From: Aplysia californica | Lineage: Eukaryota | Direction of reading: 5' to 3' | Length of the DNA: 64,000 bases | Assembly: GCF_000002075.1 (NCBI RefSeq) | Contig: NW_004797932.1 | Coordinates: 9,168 to 73,167 of the forward strand | Shown: in pieces, positions 13,901 to 25,470 of the stretch | Position numbering within the stretch: the stretch's first letter is position 1 | Layout of the letters: each line of letters opens with the position of its first letter | Notes under the pieces: generated by a model | The model's database searches: none | Told to the model about the DNA's origin: nothing | Seen by the model: the letters and a program-made list of their open reading frames with translations, nothing else | Position numbers and translations under genes: made by a program

Positions 13901-16900
13901 AACAAACACCAAAAAAGAAGGAGGAGAGAGATAAGGACGATAGATGTTTGGTAGGAAAGAAGGAGCAAACCACACCAGAGCACCCGCCAACCACCCACTT
14001 TGGCAGCTTTTTTCTCACTGATTAAACTCTGACCCAAGGCAACCCCCACTGTCTTCAATCTCATGTTGACTGCGTGACAAATATATTTCAATTCTGATGT
14101 CAAACTCCCAGAACTCTATGATCAGTTATCGACATTGATGAATCTCTTATGTAGAGCTGATCAGACTTTGATCTTCAGAGCGCGCACAGGACACCTACAC
14201 ACCAACAAGCACATAAATAGAATTAACCCCATGTGGGAACCCCATTGCAGACACTGTGACTACCACGAGGAGACCGTTGAACGTCTTCTCCTTCACTGCC
14301 CAAACCTGGCAGTTCTTCGACGCAGGCTCCTACACACACCTACAGACTTACAAAGCCTGCTCTACTCTGGCGCTGACCAGATGACAAAGACATGTGTTTA
14401 CTTGAGGGAGGCATTGCACTGCCAAGAGCGAAATGCTCGCAGTTAAAGGGATTTGAAAACAACAACATCAACATTGATATGTACATTTTGTCTTCCTGCA
14501 GGTATTTCCTCCAACCTTCAGAGAGTTGCCTCCCCCAGCGTTAGAACTCTTCGACCTCGATGAACAGTTTTCTTCAGAGAAAGTCAGGATTGCCCAGATC
14601 ACTAACAAATGTAAGTACAAATGGTCGCTGTTAAGGACAAGCGGGCTAACCCAGATTTCAGGGGTTTCCAGAAACCTTGACCTACACCAAAAGTGGGCAT
14701 TGCCCTACCTATAGGAGAAGTTTGGTTTCATCGGCATGTACATTTGTTTGTTCGTAGAGAAAACTCTCCTTGTCTTTTAACACTTACAAGACTGCAGGGT
14801 CATAAAGTGAAAAACCCTTGAGTACCGCACCGATTTAGAAGTCAACAAAATATTTAGGGTACGTTACAAAAAAATTCATTGAAACAAAATTCATGAACAG
14901 AATTACTTGAAATTTTCAAGATATATTCAGAAATAATTGTACTTTATAGAAAAACCTCTTTTGCGACACATAGACATCATGATAAAACTCCCATTCTATT
15001 TGGAGAGGGTAGGCAGGCCCAGCTGAATTTCTAAATCTAGATATAGTGATCTGGGAACGCTGAAGCCGTGGCGGAACAAAGAATGTAAAAAGAAAACCTC
15101 CACAGCTCAAGAAATGTGCTATAAAAACTTCAAAGGGCAACATCAACGATTCAGCTATCACATAGAGTGATTTCCCTTCATATTTACTTCCTTGGAGAAG
15201 TTCCGTTCGTTGTTTAGTGTGCCTGGTCGAGTCGGTCAGCGGTACTGAGCGGAAATTACGGGCCGGCAACTAAAGTTGCCAACGGTACTGTGTTAAAGAA
15301 ACTGAACAAGGGTCCAAAAACTTTACCCTCCATTTTCTCAAAACAGCATTTTACGGGATAGCCCCCTTGTGCTTAAAGTCGACTAAATGTTCTCCAGTTC
15401 TTGTCACAGCTGTACAATTGATTAGTTTTAGTTTAGTCTGAATTGTATGAGAGTTAATAAACAGGACAGGACAATAACTTTTTTATTACAGTGAAAAGAC
15501 AAGATGGACACCTTCTTGATTTTCAAAAATAGTTTTAAAAAGACTTCCTCCAACACCCTCTTTAATCAAATGTCTTATCTATTGAGTAAATGCCAGACAT
15601 GTTCCAAAATTGGATTAAAACTTTTCAGAATACAATTTCAGTTTGAGTTGGGGGGGGAAGGGGGGGGTTGCTGTTACTGTTATGAATGCTTGCACATTTA
15701 TGAGCTTGCATTTTTGTCATAATTCTTAGAAGTTGGTACATCTACTGACTAGACTACACATTATTATTTTGTCTCATTTTTCTCATTCGACGTAAATATC
15801 TGCTAGGTTGTGCTACAACTGACTGGAAATCTCCATTCTTTTCTGAACACTTGTGTAGGCAAAACATGCTTATAACTTGAAACTTATCTTTTTATGATAA
15901 ACATGATGCGAACATGTGCATATTTTCAAGCTAATTTGCTGCTACAGAATTGGAAAAAAAAGCTTAGGACTTGTCAGAGTAAATTGAAAGTGTACAAGTT
16001 TATATATATTATTTTTTGTTGTATCCACAGGTTCTGACGATGACCTCGAGTACTACGTGCGCGAGTGTGGCGACATCCTGGGCGTGACTCACAACTTGCC
16101 GCAAGAAAGCCGCACGGCCAAGCACATCCTGGAGCATGTGTTCACGCAGATCGTGGAGTTCAAGAAACTCAATCAGGTCAGTTCTATAGCACTATAGCAC
16201 TCTAGCACGGGGGGGGGGCGTAGATTGTGGGGATTCAATCAGAATCAGGTCAGTTGTATAGCACAGGGTGGGATTGTAGATTGTGGAGACTGGATCAGGT
16301 CAGTTGTATAGCACAGGGTGGGATTGCAGATGAGGTATCTGCAAAAAATGATTAATTTTTGCATCTTCCATTAAATGGATGCCTATACCCATTCTGCATC
16401 TCATGTCAAAGGCAGGAAGATGTATCTGCACTACAAATATGATATTTCACTATGGCAAACAGACGTAACTGAAGAGTCAAGCCAATATTTCCTATGGCAG
16501 CGTGACGTAACTCAAAGTCATAAAAAGTGCAGATACGTTGCTCTGCCTTGGCACGGCAGTATAGTAGCACTCTGGCTGGGNNNNNNNNNNNNNNNNNNNN
16601 NNNNNNNNNNNNNNNNNNNNNNNNNNNNNNNNNNNNNNNNNNNNNNNNNNNNNNNNNNNNNNNNNNNNNNNNNNNNNNNNNNNNNNNNNNNNNNNNNNNN
16701 NNNNNNNNNNNNNNNNNNNNNNNNNNNNNNNNNNNNNNNNNNNNNNNNNNNNNNNNNNNNNNNNNNNNNNNNNNNNNNNNNNNNNNNNNNNNNNNNNNNN
16801 NNNNNNNNNNNNNNNNNNNNNNNNNNNNNNNNNNNNNNNNNNNNNNNNNNNNNNNNNNNNNNNNNNNNNNNNNNNNNNNNNNNNNNNNNNNNNNNNNNNN

Positions 16901-17291
16901 NNNNNNNNNNNNNNNNNNNNNNNNNNNNNNNNNNNNNNNNNNNNNNNNNNNNNNNNNNNNNNNNNNNNNNNNNNNNNNNNNTTTACATTTATACATTATT
17001 AGCTACATCAACATTTGCCTGTGGGTGGTTTGCGTGTGCTCTGGTGTGGTTTGCTTCTTCTTTCCTATCAAATGTCTGTCGTCCTTATCTCCCCTCCTCC
17101 TTCTTTTTTCTGTTTGTTACTCTCTTGTAACGCCTCTACTCTTCTGGCGCTCTTATGACGATCTTATATAGTTGCGAGCGATGTAAAAGTTCTAGTAAAA
17201 CAAAAAAAACATTTGCCTACTTTGATATTGTGTGCTCCGACAGGAACCCGAGTTTGAAAGAAATCAGTTTGGTGGGCCGGACATGGCGTGA
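1970..17291 (+). CDS. IFT52: Intraflagellar transport protein 52 homolog; 14 coding exons, 1332 nt, 443 aa
   Basis: Exons 1970-1987, 4467-4591, 5897-5984, 6480-6609, 7051-7126, 8634-8699, 9260-9386, 9949-10035, 10417-10485, 12176-12330, 13295-13382, 14502-14610, 16031-16176, 17244-17291. All are GT-AG with consistent phases. The peptide contains recognisable IFT52 blocks: LGEGGESRFETNVNFFLEEFGIMVNNDAVVR, YFHPKEAL, STGSVCFPLNRP, PQFETPLPPLQPAVFPPTFRELPPPALELFDLDE, VEFKKLNQ. Kozak context is gccaccATGG. Confidence 0.97.
2351..2870. mobile_element. Non-autonomous DNA element with subterminal inverted repeats and a terminal hairpin (possibly Helentron-type)
   Basis: 17-bp inverted repeat gtggctattctcacccg (2364-2380) / cgggtgagaatagccac (2793-2809); hairpin ctattctcac-tccgg-gtgagaatag at 2824-2848. 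Confidence 0.5.
2884..3114. mobile_element. Fold-back element with ~70-bp inverted arms around a (CCCTAA/CCCTGA)n core
   Basis: Arms 2887-2958 and 3045-3111 are reverse complements; telomere-like hexamers at 2956-3028. Confidence 0.7.
3657..4030. mobile_element. MITE family M1, degraded copy
   Basis: Ends atatgtgaggcagcgtggtgaaat / attccaccacgtcatgacac; interior similar to 7677-8114. Confidence 0.65.
4467..4591 (+). CDS. IFT52: IFT52 exon 2
   Basis: ttacag|GADEKGARNTILFS...KSSWKLVS|gtaagg. Confidence 0.93.
4945..5165 (-). mobile_element. SINE fragment with a conserved central domain (Deu/Nin/Meta-type) and the same 3' tail as the ~180-bp family
   Basis: Reverse strand: cccgtgtgcaagttgcgcacgttaaagatccc ... 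atatgacctaatgcagttgcgagcgccgtaaaac. Confidence 0.6.
5897..5984 (+). CDS. IFT52: IFT52 exon 3
   Basis: NKEDISPDKL...GAREKFTAAE|gtaagt. Confidence 0.93.
6480..6609 (+). CDS. IFT52: IFT52 exon 4
   Basis: FATMKAYLESGG...EFGIMVNN|gtaagt. Confidence 0.96.
7051..7126 (+). CDS. IFT52: IFT52 exon 5
   Basis: DAVVRTSYYKYFHPKEALITNGVLNR. Confidence 0.95.
7224..7464. mobile_element. TTAA-specific (piggyBac-like) MITE, family M2
   Basis: TTAA|ccctatcc...gataggg|TTAA; further copies at 20648-20892 and 62239-62484. Confidence 0.85.
7677..8114. mobile_element. MITE family M1 (~440 bp, ~36-bp TIR)
   Basis: TIR cagcgtggtggaatcaggctctcgtcaa / ttgacgagagcctgattcaaccacgttg; full copies at 24596-25034 and 39889-40332, partial copies near 10085, 13600 and 29023. 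Confidence 0.88.
8385..8575. mobile_element. Internally deleted, inverted copy of the TTAA element at 14635-15372
   Basis: ttaagcacagggggctatcc end plus the reverse complement of 14680-14780. Confidence 0.65.
8634..8699 (+). CDS. IFT52: IFT52 exon 6
   Basis: AISQAAGKTSFGVGDEDSNNSQ|gtaagt. Confidence 0.9.
9260..9386 (+). CDS. IFT52: IFT52 exon 7
   Basis: ALSFLYPYGATLNV...STGSVCFPLNRP|gtgag. Confidence 0.95.
9463..9632. repeat. ~64-bp tandem repeat, about 2.5 copies, just downstream of IFT52 exon 7
   Basis: tgttggtgccgatatttgtaagttacgtaaaaat repeated. Confidence 0.85.
9949..10035 (+). CDS. IFT52: IFT52 exon 8
   Basis: HHKGKLAVLGSVHMVSDQYIDKEENSKIL|gtaag. Confidence 0.95.
10417..10485 (+). 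CDS. IFT52: IFT52 exon 9
   Basis: DVLINFLTTDDIKLNPIDAEDPE|gtaag. Confidence 0.95.
10900..11140 (+). mobile_element. LINE (RTE-like) 3' end fragment
   Basis: C-terminal C2H2-like motif CSKCGKLFSARTGLISHSRCH followed by a (TAT)n tail. Confidence 0.65.
11150..11387 (-). mobile_element. tRNA(Gly-like)-derived SINE with an internal 28-bp x3 tandem repeat (11171-11260)
   Basis: Reverse strand tggtgtgatgg...gagttcgattc A/B boxes; gactgcttcgactatgcctctccggggc x3. Confidence 0.65.
12176..12330 (+). CDS. IFT52: IFT52 exon 10
   Basis: INDYSQLPDVARLSEQLKTCLQESDDIPRD... Confidence 0.95.
13295..13382 (+). CDS. IFT52: IFT52 exon 11
   Basis: AFEELKVKHEALTLITPQFETPLPPLQPA|gtaag. Confidence 0.95.
13818..13998 (-). 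mobile_element. ~180-bp retroposon (family S1, subfamily A)
   Basis: 13-bp TSD tttggcagctttt (13805-13817 / 13999-14011). Confidence 0.9.
14140..14466 (+). mobile_element. 5'-truncated LINE 3' end (I/Nimb-like CCHC region)
   Basis: IFRARTGH...CRHC...ETVERLLLHC, (AAC)n tail, TSD atcRacattgat; second copy at 23796-23980. Confidence 0.85.
14502..14610 (+). CDS. IFT52: IFT52 exon 12
   Basis: VFPPTFRELPPPALELFDLDEQFSSEKVRIAQITNK|gtaag. Confidence 0.96.
14635..15372. mobile_element. TTAA-flanked non-autonomous DNA transposon (Kolobok/piggyBac-like)
   Basis: TTAA|ggacaagcgggctaaccc ... gggatagcccccttgtgc|TTAA imperfect TIR. Confidence 0.7.
16031..16176 (+). CDS. IFT52: IFT52 exon 13
   Basis: SDDDLEYYVRECGDILGV...VEFKKLNQ|gtcagt. 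Confidence 0.95.
16581..16981. other. Assembly gap (others at 18838-19373, 49906-50272, 60407-60818, 61877-61976)
   Basis: N runs. Confidence 1.
17021..17200 (+). mobile_element. S1 retroposon copy
   Basis: gtgggtggtt...ctctcttgtaac...gttgcgagcg...aaaac. Confidence 0.8.
17244..17291 (+). CDS. IFT52: IFT52 terminal coding exon (EPEFERNQFGGPDMA*)
   Basis: cgacag acceptor in phase 0, short tail and TGA, followed by AATAAA. Poorly conserved, and a gap lies in the preceding intron. Confidence 0.7.
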   Translation, partial: EPEFERNQFGGPDMA

Positions 17292-17573
17292 TGCACCTCC
17301 CGACTCTACTGAGACACAGTCCCGCTGACAGGAAGTAGCCGCTCACTTGGCTCGGCGCAACCACTTCTGGTCTGGCTCCTTGACTCGACCGTTGGAACAA
17401 GATGGGGGGACTGATTTCACGACTTAATTCTAGATGCAGTGCGAAGTGGTGGAGGATTTTCTGTTTTTGGGGATTTCCTTTTCTTATAATAAATAAATGA
17501 TAAAACGAAAGAGATGTTATATTTGTCATACTAGAAATTTAACGTACACTCGTGAGATTCAGAACAGAATTAA

Positions 17574-17697
17574 CACTTTGCCATCACAAGGCTCACATAG
17601 TAAAATCCCTTGCCATCAAAGGCTAAGGCGTTTTGGGGAAAATCCAAAGAAACTGGGTGCTAAACATCGCGGGTCGGCGAGATGTCACAGCAAAGTG
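17574..17697. mobile_element. Small TTAA MITE (family M3) in the IFT52 3' region
   Basis: TTAA|cactttgc...gcaaagtg|TTAA; copies at 32823-33090 (interrupted) and ~41370-41469. Confidence 0.8.
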
Positions 17698-18421
17698 TTA
17701 AATGTCATACATTTTTTAAAAGTAGGAAATTTTTATTTCGGAGGTTTAGCTGGCTTTTTTGTCATTTTTATCCATGCCTGGGGAGATTAGCATAAATAAA
17801 CGTTTGGGAAGAAATTGCAACTCGTACTTGTATGTGTAGTTGCATTCTGACTTCCAAGTACAATTGATCTACGATTCTCATGCTGTTTTGTTCATTAGGG
17901 CTTTTCATTTTTTTCCTTTCATCGTTCCTAACACAGAAAAAAGTGTTAATGTGATATCAAGTGTACATAAGACTGTCCTTTCCTTAGAGGTTGTGCTAAT
18001 AACATTAAAAAGAGTTTCCAAGTTGTTGTTTTTGTCTCTAGCTGTCCATGGCCGGGGGGGGGGGTCGGTCTAGTCTTTATTGGGTTCATCTGGCAAGACA
18101 TTTCTCATTAAGCAAAACTGTGATGATTTTCATTTCTTGAAACTGCAGATACTTTACTTTACTTTACTTTTCCGATCCAGCGGCCATTTGGGTTCTAGCC
18201 CTTCGGTCTGTCGATATGGCAAAGAATTAGAAACTGCAGATAAGAAGCATGTCCGTATCCTACATGACTTTACAAGGTAAACAGCTGTCTGTTTGATTTC
18301 CTGTTCTCGACCGTCCAGATTAACGAACAATTTCATTCCCAAACTGGCACCATATGTACCTTATTGTCAGCTGTAATGTATAAACTCTCATTTAGTTTCA
18401 GATGACTCAAGACTTGTTTTA

Positions 18422-18427
18422 AATAAA
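18422..18427 (+). terminator. Candidate IFT52 polyadenylation signal (proximal alternative at 17488-17493)
   Basis: AATAAA followed by a GT-rich tract downstream of the stop codon. Confidence 0.4.
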
Positions 18428-18452
18428 TATTGTTCACTGTGATCTCACTTCT

Positions 18453-18837
18453 TGTTGTGTGTGTGTGTGTGTGTGGTAGCCTATCCGTACGAAATGTTTG
18501 GAGCCCCGAAGAGCGTGCTCTTCGCCAGGGCCACGGCCTCCCTTGGGTAGCGGATGAGGCAGTCCAACCTCCCTGAATCCCCCCCCCCGAAGAGATGCCA
18601 CCACCGGGCCTACTTGGAATAAAAACTAGTCACGCAGTGCTCCAAATCTTGGAGCTCCTCGCTGCACAATAGACAGGTTGGGTCCGATGTTCTGTCTATT
18701 CTATTTTTGTAGGCCCACAGCCCAGAGAAGTGACTGGTCCTGATTTTTGCCAGTAATGACTGGTCACTGCGTGACATAATAAGAGCCTCTCTTTTTAAGA
18801 AAATGCCCTGTATACTTCCTTCGTCCGCGTGTGGCAT
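18453..18837 (-). mobile_element. LINE 3' end fragment running into a gap
   Basis: LLAKIRTSH...DPTCLLCSEELQDLEH motif; (CA)n tail. Confidence 0.65.
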
Positions 18838-20382
18838 NNNNNNNNNNNNNNNNNNNNNNNNNNNNNNNNNNNNNNNNNNNNNNNNNNNNNNNNNNNNNNN
18901 NNNNNNNNNNNNNNNNNNNNNNNNNNNNNNNNNNNNNNNNNNNNNNNNNNNNNNNNNNNNNNNNNNNNNNNNNNNNNNNNNNNNNNNNNNNNNNNNNNNN
19001 NNNNNNNNNNNNNNNNNNNNNNNNNNNNNNNNNNNNNNNNNNNNNNNNNNNNNNNNNNNNNNNNNNNNNNNNNNNNNNNNNNNNNNNNNNNNNNNNNNNN
19101 NNNNNNNNNNNNNNNNNNNNNNNNNNNNNNNNNNNNNNNNNNNNNNNNNNNNNNNNNNNNNNNNNNNNNNNNNNNNNNNNNNNNNNNNNNNNNNNNNNNN
19201 NNNNNNNNNNNNNNNNNNNNNNNNNNNNNNNNNNNNNNNNNNNNNNNNNNNNNNNNNNNNNNNNNNNNNNNNNNNNNNNNNNNNNNNNNNNNNNNNNNNN
19301 NNNNNNNNNNNNNNNNNNNNNNNNNNNNNNNNNNNNNNNNNNNNNNNNNNNNNNNNNNNNNNNNNNNNNNNNNCAGCACGCAGGAACTCAACACTTGCCC
19401 GCGGGTCCTTAAAAAGTGCTGAAAATGGGTTACTGAAATGTCCCAGCAGACGGGTATCTGCGACTTTTGTCACTGTTATTGTATTTGTAAATGTTTCCTG
19501 CCTGTATCACCACAATTCAGGAGGTTGGCTTCTTCAGTCCAGCATGTTTGGGCCAACTCAGCTTCAGAACAACACAACATCCCAGCAGAAAGATGAAGAT
19601 ACTCCATTTTTTTAAAAAATAAAGCCACCTCCCTACTCCCGAATCAAACATACATTTTCGTGCAGTGGCAAAGAGCCTGATCTAACAACGAATCGACAAT
19701 TTGTGTGTCTGGCAGCAGGAGGAAGAGTACAAATCCATCACTTTACCACACTGTAAAAGTCAAAAGAAAAGTAAACGACAAGAGAAACTTCCTCAGCATG
19801 CTGGGATATTTTATATTATAATATTACCTTTTTGAAAGATAACTAGAATGTCAACCTTCAAGTAAATATAACACAGACATACTGGTTTGGTGTACACATT
19901 TTAATATCACGATTGTCAAATACACATACACCTAAATGAGTTTAAGCAAAAATTATAAAATTTCTAAAACTACTGCACGAAAAAATGTGTAAAAACAACC
20001 AAAAATTCAAAATAAGAAGACTAAGACTGTTCTTCCATTTGATTAAGTTTGAAGATTAGGTAATTTTAAAAAATACCACAGAAATACCACGATGAATTTC
20101 AGAGACGAGTTGCATTAAAAATAGCAATAAGTCCATGTAGGGTTTCAATAACATAAATTATTCAGATAATTCTCCCAGCTCAATCTCAGGCTTAAGATAA
20201 TGTAAGTACAATGTATGTTCAAATAATAAAGGGTGGTGGACATTTCAGACTTTGTAGAGCTTCACACACAACCTGAAGAAATTGTGACCCTTGCCGTCAG
20301 TCTACGTGCAACAGACTCTTACGTCCATGCATCAAAAAAATAGAGCAAATCTTGAAAAAAATTAAAATCACAGCTTGGACAG

Positions 20383-20545
20383 TTCCCTACCAACTTGTCC
20401 AATTCCCTACCAACTTGTCCAATTCCCTACCAACTTGTCCAATTCCCTACCAACTTGTCCAATTCCCTACCAATTTGTTCAATTCCCTACCAACTTGTCC
20501 AATTCCCTACCAACAACTTGTCCAATTCCCTACCAACTTGTCCAA
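20383..20545. repeat. 20-bp minisatellite, about 8 copies
   Basis: ttccctaccaacttgtccaa. Confidence 0.95.
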
Positions 20546-20647
20546 GAGTCCACTCCCGACATGCTGGTAGCCCACATTGCTAAACCGGTCAAAGATTTCA
20601 CATTGCGTAACATGAACTGAACATGGCAGGTTCTTTTTTTTTTTTCA

Positions 20648-20892
20648 CCCTCTCCGTACGCCCTGGGGTCATTTTGTACCCCCGGAGTTCTATTCTTCAC
20701 ATTTTAGAATATACTTCTAGTGCGAAGATCTCTTTGAAACTTTCAGTATTTCTCAAAAAATCATTTTGACAGATAACTATGCAAAGCATATGGATCGAAT
20801 TAACGAGTAAATTTCCTCTTTGGAAATAAGTGGTGGCACAGAGTTCCCCACGTCTTGTGGATGCGATAGTAAAACACGATGTACGGATAGAG
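20648..20892. mobile_element. MITE family M2 copy
   Basis: Homologous to 7224-7464; right-hand TTAA present. Confidence 0.82.
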
Positions 20893-22349
20893 TTAATAAC
20901 ACCCTTATATCTCAGAACTATCTCCTGTAAACGCCATTATCTCCAATAACTGCTATAGAAGTACACATGCTGACTGGGAAAGCGCCCAGTTTCTTAAAAG
21001 TAAAAAATAGGTCTAGTAGTAAATCTTTTCTCAGTGTAAAGTGTGCATGCTAGTAAAAGTAAACTCATGCATGTAAAATTCCAAATGCACTCATATGACA
21101 CATATTGACATTTATACTGATTTGAACATCACATAAATCTATATATTGCACGATTAAAAAAACTATGGAATATTGCACATATATATATATATAAATATTG
21201 AGATTCGTTGATTGTACAATAAGAAATGACAAGCCCTCATTATATCTTTTTTTTACACCTTAGTACATACGTTTGGTCCACTTTAAACAGAAGTAAAGCA
21301 TGCTTTCTATTCAAATGTGAGAGAAATATAATAATAAACAGACTAGCTTAATAGTACACGGGTTAAAAATTTCATTTGCAAAGTCAGAGTACAATACAAA
21401 TTTGGTCTCACTACAAATACGATACAGTCTATCGTAGCTTATATACATTACCCCAAAACAAAGTCTGGGAAACCCTCAAGACCTGTGCCTGGTGGTTCCC
21501 ATAAATTTCCTCTCATCTCAAAAGGGAGACAAAATGTGAGAAATGAGGGGACGCAGAACAAGAGTTCTTGCCTGTCACATCAAGATCAGCTCCAAGTCTG
21601 AAAATAAACTGCCACGCACAACTGAAGTGTGCCGCGAAACAGACGAGCAGCTAGGTCGGAGGTGGTGATCACATAGGTCCGACTGTGTAAAAAAAAATGG
21701 CGCTGAGCAGGCGAAAACAGCTCAGTTCTCGGTACCCCCTTTTGTTTTATCTCCACGGCGTCGTGGAACACTCCGATAGCAGGGCGGGCCTGTCCGCACC
21801 ACTAGAAGAAGTGCTGCACTCACGCACGTCTTGTTGGGTCCTCACAACTCCTCACGTCTAGTCGTGTCAGTGAAATCACCGATAGGAAATATAAAGAGGA
21901 GGGCACAACTTTTTTCACAGCGCACGTCAGTTGTGCGTGGCAGTATATTTTCAGCCTCAGTCGGCAATGGCATCTACAGAGTGAACATTTATTGGGGTTT
22001 TTTGAGAAAAGTGAAACTTGAGATGAAATTAGACGTACAGAAGAAATTTAAGACCTAGATCAGTGATCGCTGAACAAAACGGCACAACACAAGCCAAGCG
22101 GTGTCTGTAGGCACAAGCTTTTTTTTTTTGGCTTTGAGATCTACAACACAGTGCCTTTGAGAAAGTTGCATTCCCTCCCTCCCCCCCCCCCCCCTATGGC
22201 AACCAGTAACATATCATACATGTCGTTTTGTACATTCATACACCACACAAATCAATAAAGCTGTCTTTAGTTCTTCATATTCTAATGTTTCAAATTGAAG
22301 AAGTCTCCGAGACAAAATCACTATTGACTGCACTCACACACAGGGAATG

Positions 22350-22495
22350 AGAAACATGTACATATAAATTAAATATAAGAAACATGTACATGTAAATTAA
22401 ATATAAGAAACATGTACATGTAAATTAAATATAAGAAACATGTACATGTAAATTAAATATAAGAAACATGTAGGGCCTACATATAAATTAAATAT
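22350..22495. repeat. 28-bp minisatellite, about 5 copies
   Basis: agaaacatgtacatgtaaattaaatata. Confidence 0.93.
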
Positions 22496-23795
22496 CTATT
22501 CTGAAAATAAATGTCACTAAAAAAAAAACAACAATGGTCCCAGGAAAAATGAACATCAAATTCAAATGGGAAAAAAATATCACAAAAGGAACGGTGGAAC
22601 ATCATAAATAATAAAATGTACACCAAATAAAACAAGGAATGTATAACTTTCCCATGTTTTGATTAATGTTTAAATGTAGAGACTAGGTAAGTACAGAGTG
22701 CTTGAGCTGGATCCTTGGCCACAGCCCCGCGGTGCAAACTACCGATGGATGCCACAGACAGCAATAGCATAGGCTACAACATTCTGCTCACAGACGCCAG
22801 CGTCGTTACGAAATTCAAAAGTGTTTTGCTGCACGGAATGGTTGAGGGGTTTTTTTTCATCAAGAGATGGGTGACAGAATTATGCTTTGATGTTAAAGTC
22901 TTTTATGATCTAAAAAACTTCTGGAAATGTCACACATGACCTTGAAACCATGCACAAGTGCCCACAAAAGAATGCTATTTGGCTTAAACAAGTCATTTAT
23001 TGATCCAGACGGAAAAAATTGAACTTCAGAGAGATCAAGAACTAGGCTTCTTACTGTGATCCTGAACGGCTAGACCCTCTCCATCACCCCAGAAAAATGT
23101 TTAACTTCTGATGAAAACTTTTTGCCTAGTGGCAGATACAACATGACGCCAAAAAGAAGAGGTGATGGACAAATGTGTGATCAGATTTACGTAACATGAA
23201 AGACAGAATTCAAATTGAAATCCTGAGTCTAATAATAACAGCCCTACGGAATCGATGCAAGACCTTTCCCTCTACAAACCAAATGCATGCCTCAGCAAAT
23301 GGTGATGTAAACACAATACAGTGGAGTCCCCTTTAACTGAACTCTGTGGGACTGCTGGATTTTCTCTGGTATAGCCAAGTTTTCAGTTTAGAGAGATTGC
23401 TCAAGTATATATGGCTCTTTTCGTCTATGCAGACGGTCAACTTAGCTTAAGATGGTCTCAAGGTTGTCTTCATGCAGCTTCTTTCATGGCTAATTCCTCC
23501 TATGTTTGAAGCGCAGATTCTGTCGCAAAGCTTGCATGTCAGTGACGTAGAAGAACACAAAATCGGGGATTTGATTTTCTTTCTGTTTCCCCCTGTTTTC
23601 GAATTCACCTTGTTCAGTTAAAGCGGACTCCACAACAGTCAACCCGAGACAGCTCAAGAGTTCATGACCTGTAGGCTCAGGGAGGCAAAGTTCCAAGAGT
23701 TTTTAAAGGACCTCATCTCCTGACAGCAACAAACTCGAGAAAAGGGAGTGAAAAAAACAGTCATAAAAGCTATTATTACTCTTACGACAACTGCA

Positions 23796-23980
23796 TCACT
23801 GCCCAAACCTGGCAGTTCTTCGACGCAGGCTCCTATACACACCTACAGACTTACAAAGCCTGCTCTACTCTGGCGTTGACCAGATGACAAGGACATGTGG
23901 TTACTTGAGGGAGGCATTGCGCTGCCAAGAGCGAAATGCTCGCAGCTAAAGGGATTTGAAAACAACAACAACAACAACAT
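23796..23980 (+). mobile_element. 5'-truncated LINE 3' end
   Basis: Matches 14293-14466; 10-bp TSD gacaactgca; (AAC)n tail. Confidence 0.88.
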
Positions 23981-24595
23981 GACAACTGCAACTGTTCTTT
24001 ACTGCACTTCTAACAATGTAATCAATGTCGGCCTTAAAAAAATGCTAGTTGTTTTTGCATCACATGACCTCAAGAAGATGTAGAATGTCAGTACATATGT
24101 AGGTATTATTAAATGGTCAAGCAAAAACTCAAAATTGTAAGACAAATTAACATGTGAAAAGTTGTAACTGAAACTAAAAACAAAACATAATTTATGATTC
24201 TTCATTTTAAGCAGGGCTGCCAATTTTGACCAACTTTATGGAGTTCCTTCAAGGTTTCCACGGTCTGCAATGGTTTCATAACACGTAACTTTTCCTCTAG
24301 TCTATGAAGTACAGTCGGAGTACACAGACTTGCTGAGTACCCCATATCCCAATAATATCTTCTTTGATTCCCGTCAAAGCACCTCCATCAGATTTGCAAT
24401 CAGAATTGCATAAAATCCTTCTTTTTTTTTTTTCATGAATCCCGTTTCTGTCTTGTCCTGTATGACTTGTCCTAAATGACGTGAAACTCGACATTTTTGT
24501 TACCATTTGCTCGCCCCGTTTTCGCGACTTATCGTAAATGATGTAAAAGTATACGTTTTTATTTCCGTTTATTTGTGCACAATTGCAATACTCAT

Positions 24596-25034
24596 TTGTG
24601 AGACAGCGTGGTGGAATCAGGCTCTCGTCAAAATAATCAAAGTGAAGAAACTTCCATTTTTCCTCAGGTTTGTGGATTTTTATCAATTTTGTTGTTTTTT
24701 GGCCAAACACCTTTGTGCCCATTAAACAATTTAATTTTGTTTGGATTTTCCTGAAAAACGTTGATTAAAGGCACAAAATATTTAAATTTTCAGTTACCAC
24801 GGACTCTTAAGCTAAGGAAATAACTAATCTTTGGCGGTAATTTTCTCACTAATTTTACCTCTGAAAACAGGTGACCCACACCTCCTTCATTCGCAAATAT
24901 CTCGACTTGTATTCAAGATAAAGGAATACTTTGCTCTTCCAAAATAAGACAAGAGAACAAGCTTTAAGATGATACCAATATCTCTTCATGCCCAAAAATT
25001 GACGAGAGCTTGATTCCACCACACTGCCTCACAT
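24596..25034. mobile_element. MITE family M1 copy (inverted)
   Basis: Full TIRs. Confidence 0.88.
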
Positions 25035-25470
25035 TTATTTGCCATAGTCGATTAATTACTTCATTTTAATCTGCTGGGGTCCGTTTTTTCCCCAACGAGG
25101 ATTTTGAGAAAAACTTTTGTTTTGTCATAGAGGGGATGGCAGATCCAAGTACATAATAAACAGTGCATTTTAAAACAATTTAATTAATGTCACAATCACT
25201 GCTCGTTAACCAGAACACAGACATACATAACAGTCACTGAAACACAAAACCTGTATCAGGTTTCAATGGCAAAAGAGTCTATCTAATCAGATGAGTTTGT
25301 CTGCTGCACAGAAAAATAACATACATCAATCACAGCATATATCTCATAGTCTATTCTGTAACCAAACATATCATGGTAAAAATTCTCTTGAAAAGTTCTA
25401 AACCCAACTTACGAATATCAAATATACCAGACATCCGACTCCGCTCGCTCGCTCGGAGAACACAGTGGTA

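Noticed and set aside
16375-19615. Long ORFs containing X runs (also 49813-50344, 60300-60902, 61763-62112)
   Set aside because: Artefacts of N gaps.
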